A stretch of DNA of 61,990 nt, counting the filler. It is 6 parts of 6 records of this genome, joined end to end, with 100 filler letters (N's around TTAATTAATTAA, not from the genome) between each part and the next. Parts side by side here need not be neighbours in the genome. Positions count along the whole stretch, not along the records: positions 25,637 to 33,298 come from DRR723986_2950; positions 33,399 to 39,543 come from DRR723986_2954; positions 39,644 to 48,800 come from DRR723986_2959; 3 more parts are not named here. The stretch is one strand, 5' to 3'. This document shows, piece after piece, positions 30,986-40,918 of this stretch. The notes under the pieces were generated by a model. The model was not told the DNA's origin, made no database searches, and saw only the letters and a program-made list of their open reading frames with translations. A program made the position numbers and the translations under genes. The number at the start of each line of letters is the position of its first letter. Positions within the stretch are counted from its first letter, which is position 1.

Positions 30986-32314
30986 ATGGACAGCCTCTTA
31001 ACATTTCTGGCTTTTGACGAACCCGGTGTACGCGCCGTAAGCATTGGCGCCATGCTCCTCTGCATCGGCGCGGCAGTCGTTGGTTGTTTTACGCTCCTGC
31101 GCAAACGCGCCCTCGTCGGTGATGCCGTGGCACACTCAGTTTTGCCGGGAGTCTGCCTGGCATTTATGCTGGTTGAATTTCTGGGGGAACTCGGCTGGGC
31201 ACAGATTTCACCTAAACACCCGGTGGCATTGATTGTTGGTGCCTTCATCTCCTCCTGGATATCCCTGCGTTTAATCGATGCAATCAGCGCACATTCGCGC
31301 ATCAAGGAAGACACGGCGATAGGACTGATTCTCTCCGTATTTTTTGGTGCCGGAATTCTGCTGTTAACACTAATTCAACACAGCGGCAGTGCCGACCAGG
31401 CCGGCCTGGACAGCGTGCTATTCGGCAAAATTGCGGCCCTCACAGATACGGACGTGATCCTGTTTGGCGTCGTGGCGGCCTTACTCGTGCTCGTGGCGCT
31501 GGCACTCTATAAAGAATTTCAGCTGACGTCATTTGATGAAGAATTCGCGGCCGTTATCGGTCTGCCGGTACAAAAGCTGGAGTTAACCCTCACAACCTTA
31601 ACGGTTTTGGCTGTGATTGTAGCAATTCAATCCGTCGGTGTTGTCATGACCGCAGCAATTCTGATCACGCCGCCGGCCGCTGCACGCTACTGGACTGAGC
31701 GGCTGCCGGTCATGATTTTCCTGGCCGCCGCCTTTGGCGCGCTGGCCGGACTGGCCGGAGCATTTGTTTCCTATGTTGCGCCGCGCGCACCCACAGGCCC
31801 GTGGATCGTAATTGTCCTGACCGGTTTTGCCGTCTTCTCGCTCCTGTTTGCGCCGCGCCGCGGAGCCGTGGCACGCCGCATTCGTCAGGGCCGAAATGCG
31901 CGCCGCATCCGCAATGAAAATATCCTGAAGGCCCTCTTCCATCTGGGCGAAGACGACGGGCACTTTGAAGCGCCGCGCACAAGCGGCGACATCTCACGCC
32001 GCCGCCCGATGCCCACCGGCATCCTGAAACGCGGCCTGGAACAATTGAAAAAACAAGGTTATGTGCAGCGCAGTGCCGACAGCTGGACATTAACAAGCGA
32101 TGGTCGCCGCCGCGGTGCGCGCATTACGCGTCTGCACCGCCTCTGGGAGGTGTATCTGACGCAGTACGTCGGCATTGCCGCCGACCACGTGCACGACGAT
32201 GCTGAAACCATCGAACATATTTTGACTCCGGAGCTGGAGCACGAACTCGAATCGCTGCTCAACCATCCGCAAACCGACCCGCATGCCCGCGCCATTCCCC
32301 AAAAACACAGCTGA
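30986..32314 (+). CDS. troC: Metal ABC permease fused to a C-terminal DtxR-like domain
   Basis: ABC-3 motifs GDAVAHSVLPG, KEDTAIG; C-terminal ENILKAL...RLHRLWEVYL...HDDAETIEH...DPH..IP. Confidence 0.9.
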   Translation: MDSLLTFLAFDEPGVRAVSIGAMLLCIGAAVVGCFTLLRKRALVGDAVAHSVLPGVCLAFMLVEFLGELGWAQISPKHPVALIVGAFISSWISLRLIDAISAHSRIKEDTAIGLILSVFFGAGILLLTLIQHSGSADQAGLDSVLFGKIAALTDTDVILFGVVAALLVLVALALYKEFQLTSFDEEFAAVIGLPVQKLELTLTTLTVLAVIVAIQSVGVVMTAAILITPPAAARYWTERLPVMIFLAAAFGALAGLAGAFVSYVAPRAPTGPWIVIVLTGFAVFSLLFAPRRGAVARRIRQGRNARRIRNENILKALFHLGEDDGHFEAPRTSGDISRRRPMPTGILKRGLEQLKKQGYVQRSADSWTLTSDGRRRGARITRLHRLWEVYLTQYVGIAADHVHDDAETIEHILTPELEHELESLLNHPQTDPHARAIPQKHS

Positions 32315-32316
32315 AC

Positions 32317-33204
32317 ATGAATGACTTCTGGATTATTCTGATTGGAATTCTGGTGGCCTCCTCCTGTGGCCTGCTCGGCTGTTTCCTGATCTTGCGGCGC
32401 ATGGCCATGGTTGGTGACGCAATTGCCCATGCCGTGCTGCCCGGAATTGTCGTGGCTTTTATGGTCAGTGAATCGCGCGATTCTATTCCAATGTTGGTCG
32501 GCGCAGCAGCCGTGGGATTGCTGACTACCTTCATAATTGAATCGCTGCACCGGCGCGGCATGCTCCAGATTGACGCCTCCATCGGTTTAACATATACCAG
32601 CCTGTTTGCCCTGGGTGTAATTCTTGCCAGCGCGTTTGCCGGTAGTGTTGATCTCGACCTGGACTGCATTCTGTATGGTGAAATTGCGCTGGCACCGCTC
32701 TACAAAATGCAGATAGCCGGAATGAACGTCGGCCCGCGCGCCGTCTGGATTATCGGCGGCGCACTCCTGCTGGTGTTAACACTGATTGGCATCGGCTTTA
32801 AGGAGCTGGTCGTAACTACTTTTGATCCGGCCTACGCTGCAATTATCGGTGTTTCGGTCTCGCTCTGGCACTATTTGTTAATGGGCGCGGTTTCACTCAC
32901 CACGGTAGCTGCCTTTGAATCTGTGGGCGCAATTCTGGTAGTTGCTTTTCTGATTGCGCCGCCGGCGACAGCATATTTACTGACAGACTCACTTAAACAG
33001 ATGCTGCTCCTGACTGTGGTGATTGGCAGTATTGCGGCCGTTGGCGGTTATTACCTGGCGGCGTGGTTGGACGCTTCGATTGCCGGGGCAATGACGCTCT
33101 GCATGGGCATATTATTCGCGGCGGCCTTTGGTGTTTACAGGCTGCGCTTGCGTCGCAATATGCAAACGCAGATTGACGCGGACGGCTTAAAAATTAGCGC
33201 TTAA
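32317..33204 (+). CDS. troD: Metal ABC permease
   Basis: GDAIAHAVLPG, DASIGL, DLDLDCILYGEI, FESVGAILVV. Confidence 0.92.
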   Translation: MNDFWIILIGILVASSCGLLGCFLILRRMAMVGDAIAHAVLPGIVVAFMVSESRDSIPMLVGAAAVGLLTTFIIESLHRRGMLQIDASIGLTYTSLFALGVILASAFAGSVDLDLDCILYGEIALAPLYKMQIAGMNVGPRAVWIIGGALLLVLTLIGIGFKELVVTTFDPAYAAIIGVSVSLWHYLLMGAVSLTTVAAFESVGAILVVAFLIAPPATAYLLTDSLKQMLLLTVVIGSIAAVGGYYLAAWLDASIAGAMTLCMGILFAAAFGVYRLRLRRNMQTQIDADGLKISA

Positions 33205-33298
33205 AAACGGCATTATCACCTGGCGCAACTTCTGCTCCACAACAGATTTAGAGGCAAGTCACTTCCGGCTCAACAACAAACAAAACCCTCAAAAGGCA

Positions 33299-33398
33299 NN
33301 NNNNNNNNNNNNNNNNNNNNNNNNNNNNNNNNNNNNNNNNNNTTAATTAATTAANNNNNNNNNNNNNNNNNNNNNNNNNNNNNNNNNNNNNNNNNNNN
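33299..33398. other. Artificial contig linker
   Basis: N44-TTAATTAATTAA-N44. Confidence 0.99.
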
Positions 33399-34419
33399 CA
33401 CGCCCTGGAACACGCCTTTCATGCTGTCTACCTGGAAAATTGCCCCGGCCTTGGCGGCGGGTTGCACGGTGGTGCATAAACCGGCCGAATTCAGCCCGGT
33501 GACGGCGCGTATTTTGATGGATATCGCCGAAGAGGCCGGCCTGCCCCCTGGGGTGTGGAACCTGGTGAATGGCTTTGGCGAAGAGGCCGGCCGCGCCCTG
33601 ACCGAACACCCCGATATCAAGGCCATTGCCTTTGTGGGTGAATCCAAAACCGGCAGTATGATTATGAAGCAAGGCGCCGATACGCTAAAGCGGGTGCATT
33701 TCGAATTGGGCGGCAAAAACCCGGTGATCGTTTTTGATGATGCCGATTTAGACCGCGCTTTGGATGCGGCGATCTTTATGATCTACTCGCTGAATGGCGA
33801 GCGCTGCACATCCTCGTCGCGCCTGCTGGTGCAAGACACGATCGCCGCGGACTTTACCGCCAAGCTGGTGGCGCGGGTGAACGCCATCAAACTGGGCCAT
33901 CCGCTGGACCCAACCACCGAAGTGGGCCCGCTGATCCACAAGGTGCATTTCGACAAGGTTTGCGCCTATTTCGATGTCGCCCGCAGCGAGGGGGCCATAA
34001 TCGCCGCTGGTGGCAGCGCCCCCGATCAGCCCGGCCATTACGTGCGCCCCACCTTGTTTACCAATGCCCATGCCAAAATGCGCATTGCCCAAGATGAAAT
34101 CTTTGGCCCGGTCTTAACCGCCATTCCCTTTGCCACCGAAGACGAGGCGCTGCAGATCGCCAATGATGTGGCCTATGGGCTAACGGCCTATGTCTGGACC
34201 AATGATCTGCCGCGCGCCCTGCGCGTAACGCAGGCGCTAGAGGCGGGGATGATCTGGGTAAACAGCGAAAACGTGCGCCACCTGCCCACCCCCTTTGGCG
34301 GGGTCAAGGCCAGCGGTATTGGCCGCGATGGCGGCGATTGGTCGTTTGAATTTTATATGGAACAAAAGCACGTGGGCTTTGCCCTGGGCGCGCATAAAAT
34401 CCCCCAATTGGGTGTTTAA
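33399..34419 (+). CDS. hpaE: 5-carboxymethyl-2-hydroxymuconate semialdehyde dehydrogenase (5' partial)
   Basis: TPWNTPFM, FELGGKNP, SLNGERCT, EIFGPV, WVNSENVRHLPTPFGG; upstream of hpaD. Confidence 0.92.
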
Positions 34420-34475
34420 GCCCAGCCCACACCCCATGCCGGGGCATAGCCGCCCCACCCCGAGGAGACCCAAAC

Positions 34476-35456
34476 ATGCCAGTGCCAGCCCCCAATTTAT
34501 ACCCGCCCTTCAACATTGTGCGCCTCAGCCATGTTGAATACCGCGTCACCGATATGGCGCGCTCGCGGGCGTTTTATGTCGATACGCTGGGCCTGCAGGT
34601 CAGCTTCGAGGATGACAGCCGCATTTACCTGCGCGCGATGGAAGAACGCGGCCATCACTGCATCGTGCTGGTGCGGTCCGATGCGGCCGATGTGGGCGTG
34701 CTGGGCTTTAAACTATATGACACCCCAGATCTGGATGCCGCCGCGGCCTGGTTTGCCGCCCGTGGCCTGCCCACGCAATGGGTTGATCGCCCCTTTATGG
34801 GCCGCGTGCTGCGCACCCGCGATCCGTTTGGCATTCCGCTGGAATTTTACGTGCAGATGGACAGGCTGGCCCCCATCCACCAGCAATATCGCCTCTATAA
34901 TGGCGTCAAACCCTTGCGGATTGATCATTTCAATATGTTCTCATCCGATGTCGATGCCTCGGTCGCGTTTTACAACGATATTGGCTTTCGCGTCACGGAA
35001 TACACCGAAGATGATGAAAGCGGGCGCTGCTGGGCGGCCTGGATGCATCGCAAGGGTGGCGTGCATGATGTGGCCTTTACCAATGGCCTTGGCCCGCGCC
35101 TGCACCACACGGCCTTTTGGGTGCCAACACCGCTGAATATCATCGATCTGCTTGATCTGATGTCTGCCACAGGTTGGGTGGCCAATATCGAGCGGGGCCC
35201 GGGCCGCCATGGTATTTCGAACGCATTTTTCCTCTATGTCCGCGATCCCGATGGCCACCGGATCGAGATTTATTGCAGCGATTACCAAACCGTTGACCCA
35301 GATCTTGAACCGATCCGCTGGTCGCTGACCGACCCGCAGCGCCAAACCCTGTGGGGGGCGGCCGCGCCGCGGTCGTGGTTTGAAGAGGGCTCTGCCTTTG
35401 AAGGGGTGGCGCCGGTGCCGGCTGTGCTGCAAGCCCAGCCCATCATTGCGCCCTAG
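34476..35456 (+). CDS. hpaD: 3,4-dihydroxyphenylacetate 2,3-dioxygenase (VOC-fold extradiol)
   Basis: RIDHFN, HRKGGVHDVA, LHHTAF, ERGPGRHGISNAFFLY, HRIEIY. Confidence 0.93.
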   Translation: MPVPAPNLYPPFNIVRLSHVEYRVTDMARSRAFYVDTLGLQVSFEDDSRIYLRAMEERGHHCIVLVRSDAADVGVLGFKLYDTPDLDAAAAWFAARGLPTQWVDRPFMGRVLRTRDPFGIPLEFYVQMDRLAPIHQQYRLYNGVKPLRIDHFNMFSSDVDASVAFYNDIGFRVTEYTEDDESGRCWAAWMHRKGGVHDVAFTNGLGPRLHHTAFWVPTPLNIIDLLDLMSATGWVANIERGPGRHGISNAFFLYVRDPDGHRIEIYCSDYQTVDPDLEPIRWSLTDPQRQTLWGAAAPRSWFEEGSAFEGVAPVPAVLQAQPIIAP

Positions 35457-35480
35457 CCCATGCAGCCAGGAGGAACACAG

Positions 35481-36341
35481 ATGCGCTATGCCACGGTGAT
35501 GGCCGAAGGCCAGCAATTTTGGGGGGCGATGCGGGGCGATGATTTTGCCGCCCTCTCGCCCGATTTTCCACACTGGCCCAGCCTGCGCCATGTGATCGCG
35601 GAGGGTGGCTTGCCCAGCCTGCAGGCGGCGGCGCAAACCGCCCCGATCAGCCATGCGGCGGGCCGCTTTAGCTACCTGCCGCCCATCCCCACGCCCGAGA
35701 AAATTATCTGCGTTGGCGTCAATTTTCCCGATCGCAACGCCGAATATAAAGATGGCAGCGACCTGCCCAAATACATGTCGCTTTTCCCCCGCTTTGCCCG
35801 CAGCTTTACCGGCCATGGCCAAAGCCTGATCCGCCCCCCTGAAAACCACACGCTGGATTACGAGGGCGAGGTGGCCATTGTGATTGGCACAGGTGGCCGG
35901 CGTATTGCACCCCAAGACGCCTATGCCCATATCGCCGCGCTGACGCTGGCCAACGAGGGCACCATCCGCGATTGGGTGCGCCACGCCAAGTTTAACGTAA
36001 CCCAAGGCAAAAACTGGGATAGCTCGGGCGCGCTGGGGCCTTGGATTGTGCCCTTTAGCGATGCCGCCCAGCTGGATCAGGCCAGCATCAGCACGCGGGT
36101 CAACGGTGAACTGCGCCAGCACGATCACCTGGCGCGCATGATGTTCCCGATCCGCCAGCAAATTGCCTATATCAGCACGTTCACCACGCTGGTGCCGGGC
36201 GATATCATCATCACCGGCACCCCCACCGGCGCCGGCGCCCGGTTTGACCCGCCGCGCTATCTGGTGTCGGGCGATGTGGTCGAGATCGAGGTGCCGGGCA
36301 TCGGCACCTTGCGCAACACGGTAGAGGACGAGCAATGCTAA
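35481..36341 (+). CDS. Fumarylacetoacetate hydrolase family protein (HpaG-like decarboxylase/isomerase)
   Basis: KIICVGVN, DYEGEV, GKNWD, PGDIIITGTP; AGGAGG before ATG 35481. Confidence 0.85.
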   Translation: MRYATVMAEGQQFWGAMRGDDFAALSPDFPHWPSLRHVIAEGGLPSLQAAAQTAPISHAAGRFSYLPPIPTPEKIICVGVNFPDRNAEYKDGSDLPKYMSLFPRFARSFTGHGQSLIRPPENHTLDYEGEVAIVIGTGGRRIAPQDAYAHIAALTLANEGTIRDWVRHAKFNVTQGKNWDSSGALGPWIVPFSDAAQLDQASISTRVNGELRQHDHLARMMFPIRQQIAYISTFTTLVPGDIIITGTPTGAGARFDPPRYLVSGDVVEIEVPGIGTLRNTVEDEQC

Positions 36342-37138
36342 GCCAAAATGACATTCAGCTTGCAGCCGATACGCTGTGGCAGGCCGAACAAACCGGCCAG
36401 CAATGCGGCCTGCTGTCGTTGCGGTTTCCGGGCATGGATATGGATGATGCCTATGCCGTGCAGGCGGCGCTGATCGCGCGGCGCATGCAGGCGGGGCATC
36501 AGGTGACGGGCTGGAAAATTGGCCTAACATCAAAGGCCATGCAATCGGCGCTGGGCATCGATATTCCCGATAGCGGTATGTTGATGGATGATATGCATGT
36601 CCCCGATGGGGCCACCGTGCCCGCGGGGCGGTTTATCCAGCCGCGGATCGAGGCGGAAATCGCCTTTGTCATGAAGGCGCCCTTGGCGGGCACCGATACC
36701 ACCCGCGCCGATGTGATTGCCGCCACCGATTACGTGGCCCCCGCCATCGAAATTTTAGACACACGGGTGCTGCGCGCCGATCCGGCCACTGGCCAGGCGC
36801 GGGTGATCACCGACACGATCAGCGATAATGCCGCCAATGCTGGCATCGTTTTGGGGGCCGCGCGCCATGCGCTATCGGCGGTCGATCTGCGCTGGGTGGG
36901 CGCGATTGTCAGCCGCAACGACGCGGTCGAGGAAACCGGGCTGGGCGCAGGCGTGCTGAACGACCCGGTCAATGGCATCGTCTGGCTGGCCCGCCGCATG
37001 GGCCAATATGGCCAGCGTATCGAGGCGGGGCAGGTGATTTTGTCGGGCTCTTTCATCCGGCCTGTCGAATGCCCCAGCGGCAGCCGCATCCACGCCGATT
37101 TTGGCGCCTTTGGCACGGTGCAGGTGAATTTTGCCTAA
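36335..37138 (+). CDS. hpaH: 2-oxo-hept-4-ene-1,7-dioate hydratase
   Basis: GWKIGLTSKAMQ, PRIEAEIAF, DTISDNAA, EETG, LSGSFIRP. Confidence 0.92.
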   Translation: MLSQNDIQLAADTLWQAEQTGQQCGLLSLRFPGMDMDDAYAVQAALIARRMQAGHQVTGWKIGLTSKAMQSALGIDIPDSGMLMDDMHVPDGATVPAGRFIQPRIEAEIAFVMKAPLAGTDTTRADVIAATDYVAPAIEILDTRVLRADPATGQARVITDTISDNAANAGIVLGAARHALSAVDLRWVGAIVSRNDAVEETGLGAGVLNDPVNGIVWLARRMGQYGQRIEAGQVILSGSFIRPVECPSGSRIHADFGAFGTVQVNFA

Positions 37139-37146
37139 AAGCGGGG

Positions 37147-37899
37147 TTAGCCGCGCAGTGCTGGCAGGCCCACGCCCGTGCTTTGAAACCCGCCATCGGC
37201 GGCCAGCGTTTGCCCGGTGATATAGCTGGCCTTGTCCGAGCATAAAAACACGATCGCCTCGGCAATTTCGGTTTCTGATCCATAGCGATTGAGCGGGATG
37301 GCATCGTGATAGGCATCGATGATCTCTTGCGTATGCACCGCCATCGCCAGCTTGGTGCGCACCGGCCCCGGCGCCACGGCGTTGGCGCGAATGCCATATT
37401 CGCCCAGCTCGGCGGCTTGTTGTTGGGTCAGCGCGATCACGCCTGCCTTTGAGGTGCCATAGGCCACCCGCAGGGTAGAGGCGCGCAAACCGCTGATCGA
37501 GGCGATATTCACAATCGCGCCGCGGGCCTGTTTCAGCGCGGGTGTCAGCGCCTGGGTCATCAGGAAAACGCCATCCAAATTGGTGGCCATCACGCGCCGC
37601 CATGCGGCAAAATCGGTTTCTTCGATCGGGCCAAATTCGGCCACACCGGCATTGTTTACCAGCGCATCCACATGGCCCAGCGCCGCCAGCGCCTGTGGCA
37701 CCATCTGCGCCACCTGCGCGGGGTCGGAGACATCGCATAGAATGGGGGTGGCGCCTGCCAGCACTGCGGCGGCATCAGCCAGCGCTTGGGCGTCGCGGTC
37801 GATCATCACCACCTGGCGGCCTTCGGCCAGAAACAGCTGTGTTGTGGCCAAGCCAATGCCGCGCGCGGCGCCTGTGACGATTGCGGTTGTGCGTGTCAT
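37147..37899 (-). CDS. Short-chain dehydrogenase/reductase
   Basis: TGAARGIG, NNAG, YGTSK. Confidence 0.9.
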   Translation of the reverse strand: MTRTTAIVTGAARGIGLATTQLFLAEGRQVVMIDRDAQALADAAAVLAGATPILCDVSDPAQVAQMVPQALAALGHVDALVNNAGVAEFGPIEETDFAAWRRVMATNLDGVFLMTQALTPALKQARGAIVNIASISGLRASTLRVAYGTSKAGVIALTQQQAAELGEYGIRANAVAPGPVRTKLAMAVHTQEIIDAYHDAIPLNRYGSETEIAEAIVFLCSDKASYITGQTLAADGGFQSTGVGLPALRG

Positions 37900-37957
37900 G
37901 AAACCCCCCTTGTGTTGGGCGCAGGATGGGCCTTGGCGCGGCCAGGCGCAAGAGGGG

Positions 37958-39193
37958 TCAGTGCGGGTTCAAATCCGCCGGCAGCTTGGCATAGCCGCGA
38001 AACCGGATGCGCCCGCCCCATTGCCGCGCCTCGCCCAATTGGTAGTTGGGAAAGCGCTGCAAAAACCGGCTGATGGCCACCCGCCCCTCGAGCCGGGCCA
38101 GGCTTAGCCCCACGCAGACATGCGGGCCGCCGGCAAAGGCCAAATGGCGGTTGGGGCGGCGGGTGATATCGAAAAGGCCAGGGCGGCCAAAAACCGCAGG
38201 GTCGCGATTGGCAGCCCCTATGCACAGATGCAGGTTGGTGCCCTTGGGGATGGCCATGCCATCGATGCAAATATCTGCGGTGGTTTCGCGGTTGCCAAAC
38301 TGGTTGGGTGCGGCATAGCGCAATATTTCCTCGATGGCGGGGGTGGCCAGGTCGGGTGTGGCCAGCAGGGCCTGGCGCTGATCGGGGTGATCGTGCAGCA
38401 AGGCCAGGCCATTGCCAATCAGGTTGGTGGTGGTTTCATGCCCGGCGTTCAGGATGAAGATGCAGTTTTGCAGCAATTCGGTTTCCGACAGCTGGGCATC
38501 TGCGCCCTCGCCCATAATCAGCCGCGTCAGAACGTCGGTTTCAATATCGCCCGGTCGGGCACGGCGGCGGGCCACCAGATCGGCCAGATAGGCCTTGAAA
38601 TCTGTCACAGCCTGATGCCCGCGTGCCAGCTGCTGGGCGTCAAGCGCGGGCTCTAGCGCGCCCAAAATGGCCAGCGACCAATCGCGCAGCGGCGCGCGTT
38701 CGTCTATGGGCACATCCAGCAGGTTGCCAATGATCTGAATGGGGATCGCGCTGGCAAAATCCTCGATCAAATCCACTGTGGGGGCCTGTGCCAGCCTGTC
38801 TAGCAGCTGATCCACGGTGGCCACCAAACCCGGCTCCATCCGGGCAATCGCGCGCGGGGTCAGCGCTGATGTCATGATTTTGCGCACGCGGGTGTGCAGC
38901 GGCGGGTCGTTGAACACAAGCGAGGTGGTGTGATGTTCGAACAGCGGGCTGCCCAGCCCGAATTTTGGACCAAAGGCGGTTTTCTTGTCGGATGAATACA
39001 GGCTGGTGTCGCGGTAAATGCGGTCTAGATCGGCGTGCCGGCACAGCAAAACCGAGCCATCCGGCTGCGCCAATACCGGGGCATGGGCCAAAAAGCCATC
39101 ATACCAGGGATGCGGATTTTGCACAAAACCCTCTGGCGGCGCCTTCAGATCAAAGCGCGCCACCTCTTTTGCTGAAACCCGATTATCTGCCAT
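37958..39193 (-). CDS. Cytochrome P450
   Basis: DPPLHTRVR, I-helix AGHETT, EILR, heme motif FAGGPHVCVG. Confidence 0.93.
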   Translation of the reverse strand: MADNRVSAKEVARFDLKAPPEGFVQNPHPWYDGFLAHAPVLAQPDGSVLLCRHADLDRIYRDTSLYSSDKKTAFGPKFGLGSPLFEHHTTSLVFNDPPLHTRVRKIMTSALTPRAIARMEPGLVATVDQLLDRLAQAPTVDLIEDFASAIPIQIIGNLLDVPIDERAPLRDWSLAILGALEPALDAQQLARGHQAVTDFKAYLADLVARRRARPGDIETDVLTRLIMGEGADAQLSETELLQNCIFILNAGHETTTNLIGNGLALLHDHPDQRQALLATPDLATPAIEEILRYAAPNQFGNRETTADICIDGMAIPKGTNLHLCIGAANRDPAVFGRPGLFDITRRPNRHLAFAGGPHVCVGLSLARLEGRVAISRFLQRFPNYQLGEARQWGGRIRFRGYAKLPADLNPH

Positions 39194-39260
39194 ATTGCCC
39201 CCCGCATTTTGGCGCCAGAGTGCCCGCAATAGGCAGGGGGGGCAAGCCTGTGGCGCAGGG

Positions 39261-39543
39261 CTAAAGCCCGCCCATGGTGCGGATATGGCCCAGCACGGCT
39301 TCTACCCCCTGGCCAAGACGCAAGGCGGTAAACACAAAGGGGCGGCCCGCGCGCATGCGGGTGGCATCGCGCTGCATCACCTCAAGCGAGGCACCAACAT
39401 GGGGGGCCAGATCGGTTTTGTTGATCACCAACAGATCCGATTTGGTGATGGCCGGCCCGCCCTTGCGGGGTATTTCCTCGCCTGCGGCCACGTCGATAAC
39501 ATAGATGGTCAAATCGGCCAGTTCCGGGCTGAAGGTGGCCGAC
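39261..39543 (-). CDS. ureG: Urease accessory GTPase (5' partial)
   Basis: [37 protein letters not shown]. Confidence 0.95.
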
Positions 39544-39643
39544 NNNNNNNNNNNNNNNNNNNNNNNNNNNNNNNNNNNNNNNNNNNNTTAATTAATTAAN
39601 NNNNNNNNNNNNNNNNNNNNNNNNNNNNNNNNNNNNNNNNNNN
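39544..39643. other. Artificial contig linker
   Basis: N44-TTAATTAATTAA-N44. Confidence 0.99.
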
Positions 39644-39753
39644 CAGAGGCAGAGGCAGAGGCAGAGGCAGAGGAAAACAACGCGTCCGCTGAAGGTGCCG
39701 CAACGGATGAAGCTCCGGATGCGACTGCAGACAAGACAACTCCAAAGAGCTGA
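39644..39753 (+). CDS. Probable 3' end of an unknown gene with an acidic (AE)n tail encoded by (CAGAGG)5
   Basis: Five CAGAGG units at 39644-39673; open frame EAEAEAEAEENNASAEGAATDEAPDATADKTTPKS-stop. Confidence 0.55.
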
Positions 39754-39845
39754 CACCGCCACTCGGCGGGTGACAGGCCTCAGCCCATGCACCTGCGCGG
39801 TTTCGCCCCTCGACACGGCATTCCAACCGGCTTATAGCCGCTAGC

Positions 39846-40238
39846 ATGAATGCGCGCGTCACAAAGCTGCAACAGCTAAGGCAGGAGCGCCACCCTCTGG
39901 TGGCGCTGGCAACCCTTGCCTTTGCAATGCGGCTTGTTCTGCTGGTTCTCGCCAGCGCGCTGACGCCGGACGCAGCTGTTGCCGCGGGCCTTACCAGTCT
40001 CTGCCAGCCCTCCGGGCAGGAACAAAACCTTCCTGGACCGCACAACCCGCTGACCTGCCAATGCGGCCCGGTCTGTGCTCATGGCTGTGCTATCGCGCCC
40101 TGCCTTGCAGGTGCTTTCGCCCCTCTGAATCTGTCGCCCGAAATTTCCGCCACTGAACGCGTTCCGGCAGGGCAACAGGCTGTGCTGGCGCCTCCTCATC
40201 GAGCCACCGCCATCAGGGCTCCCCCTTCCTTGATCTGA
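39846..40238 (+). CDS. DUF2946/CruR/CutF-like Cys-rich leader protein ending in the RAPP arrest motif
   Basis: N-terminal TM segment, LC, CQCGPVCAHGC, C-terminal IRAPPSLI; directly upstream of copper chaperone genes. Confidence 0.82.
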   Translation: MNARVTKLQQLRQERHPLVALATLAFAMRLVLLVLASALTPDAAVAAGLTSLCQPSGQEQNLPGPHNPLTCQCGPVCAHGCAIAPCLAGAFAPLNLSPEISATERVPAGQQAVLAPPHRATAIRAPPSLI

Positions 40239-40269
40239 AAAAGCTTCCAACTTCTCAGACCTCAAGGAA
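40226..40269 (+). promoter_or_regulatory. RBS-sequestering mRNA hairpin
   Basis: TTCCTTGA-TCTGA (40226-38) pairs with TCAGA-cc-TCAAGGAA (40255-69), which contains the AAGGA Shine-Dalgarno of the next gene. Confidence 0.78.
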
Positions 40270-40276
40270 TAGTATT

Positions 40277-40795
40277 ATGAAACTCTGGAAATCCGTTGCG
40301 GCCGCGGCCGCCCTTTCGCTTGTCTCCCTGTCCGCCCTTGCCAGTGACTACAAGGTTGGTGAACTGACCCTGACCCAACCCTGGACCCGTGCGACTCCGC
40401 CCAAAGCAAAGGCCGGTGGCGGTTTCGTCGAGATCGTCAACAACGGCACCGACACTGACCGCCTTGTCGCGGTCAGTTCAGATGTTGCCGCGAAGGTGGA
40501 AATCCACGAGATGGCGGTCACCGACGGCGTGATGAAAATGCGCAAGATGGAAAATGGCATCGACATCCCGGCTGGCGAAACGGTTGCGCTTCAACCGGGC
40601 GGCTTCCACATCATGTTCATGGGCCTGAACCAATCCTTCGAAGAAGGCACCAGCATTCCGGTTGTCCTGACCTTCGAAAAGGCCGGGGACGTTGCCATCG
40701 AACTTCCAGTTGCCAAGATGGGCGCCAAGGCACCTGATGGCGAAGCTGCGCATGGTGCGATGGACCACAGCAAGATGGATCACGGCAAGAACTAA
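40277..40795 (+). CDS. Periplasmic copper chaperone PCu(A)C
   Basis: Signal peptide; PWTRATPP, EIHEM...MKMR...PGGFHIMF; His/Met-rich tail HGAMDHSKMDH. Confidence 0.93.
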   Translation: MKLWKSVAAAAALSLVSLSALASDYKVGELTLTQPWTRATPPKAKAGGGFVEIVNNGTDTDRLVAVSSDVAAKVEIHEMAVTDGVMKMRKMENGIDIPAGETVALQPGGFHIMFMGLNQSFEEGTSIPVVLTFEKAGDVAIELPVAKMGAKAPDGEAAHGAMDHSKMDHGKN

Positions 40796-40918
40796 GCCCC
40801 GTCAGCGGGCGTTGCCTCGGCGAAGACGCAACGCCAGCAATTTCTTTTCCAAGCGCCAGAGCCGCCAGCCCGTCTCGAAGCCGGCACTGAAGGCTCTGGC
40901 CAAAGCAGGACGAAACCG

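Noticed and set aside
39644-39673. (CAGAGG)5 as a phase-variation switch
   Set aside because: A hexamer unit keeps the reading frame; it encodes an AE tail and probably just caused the assembly break.
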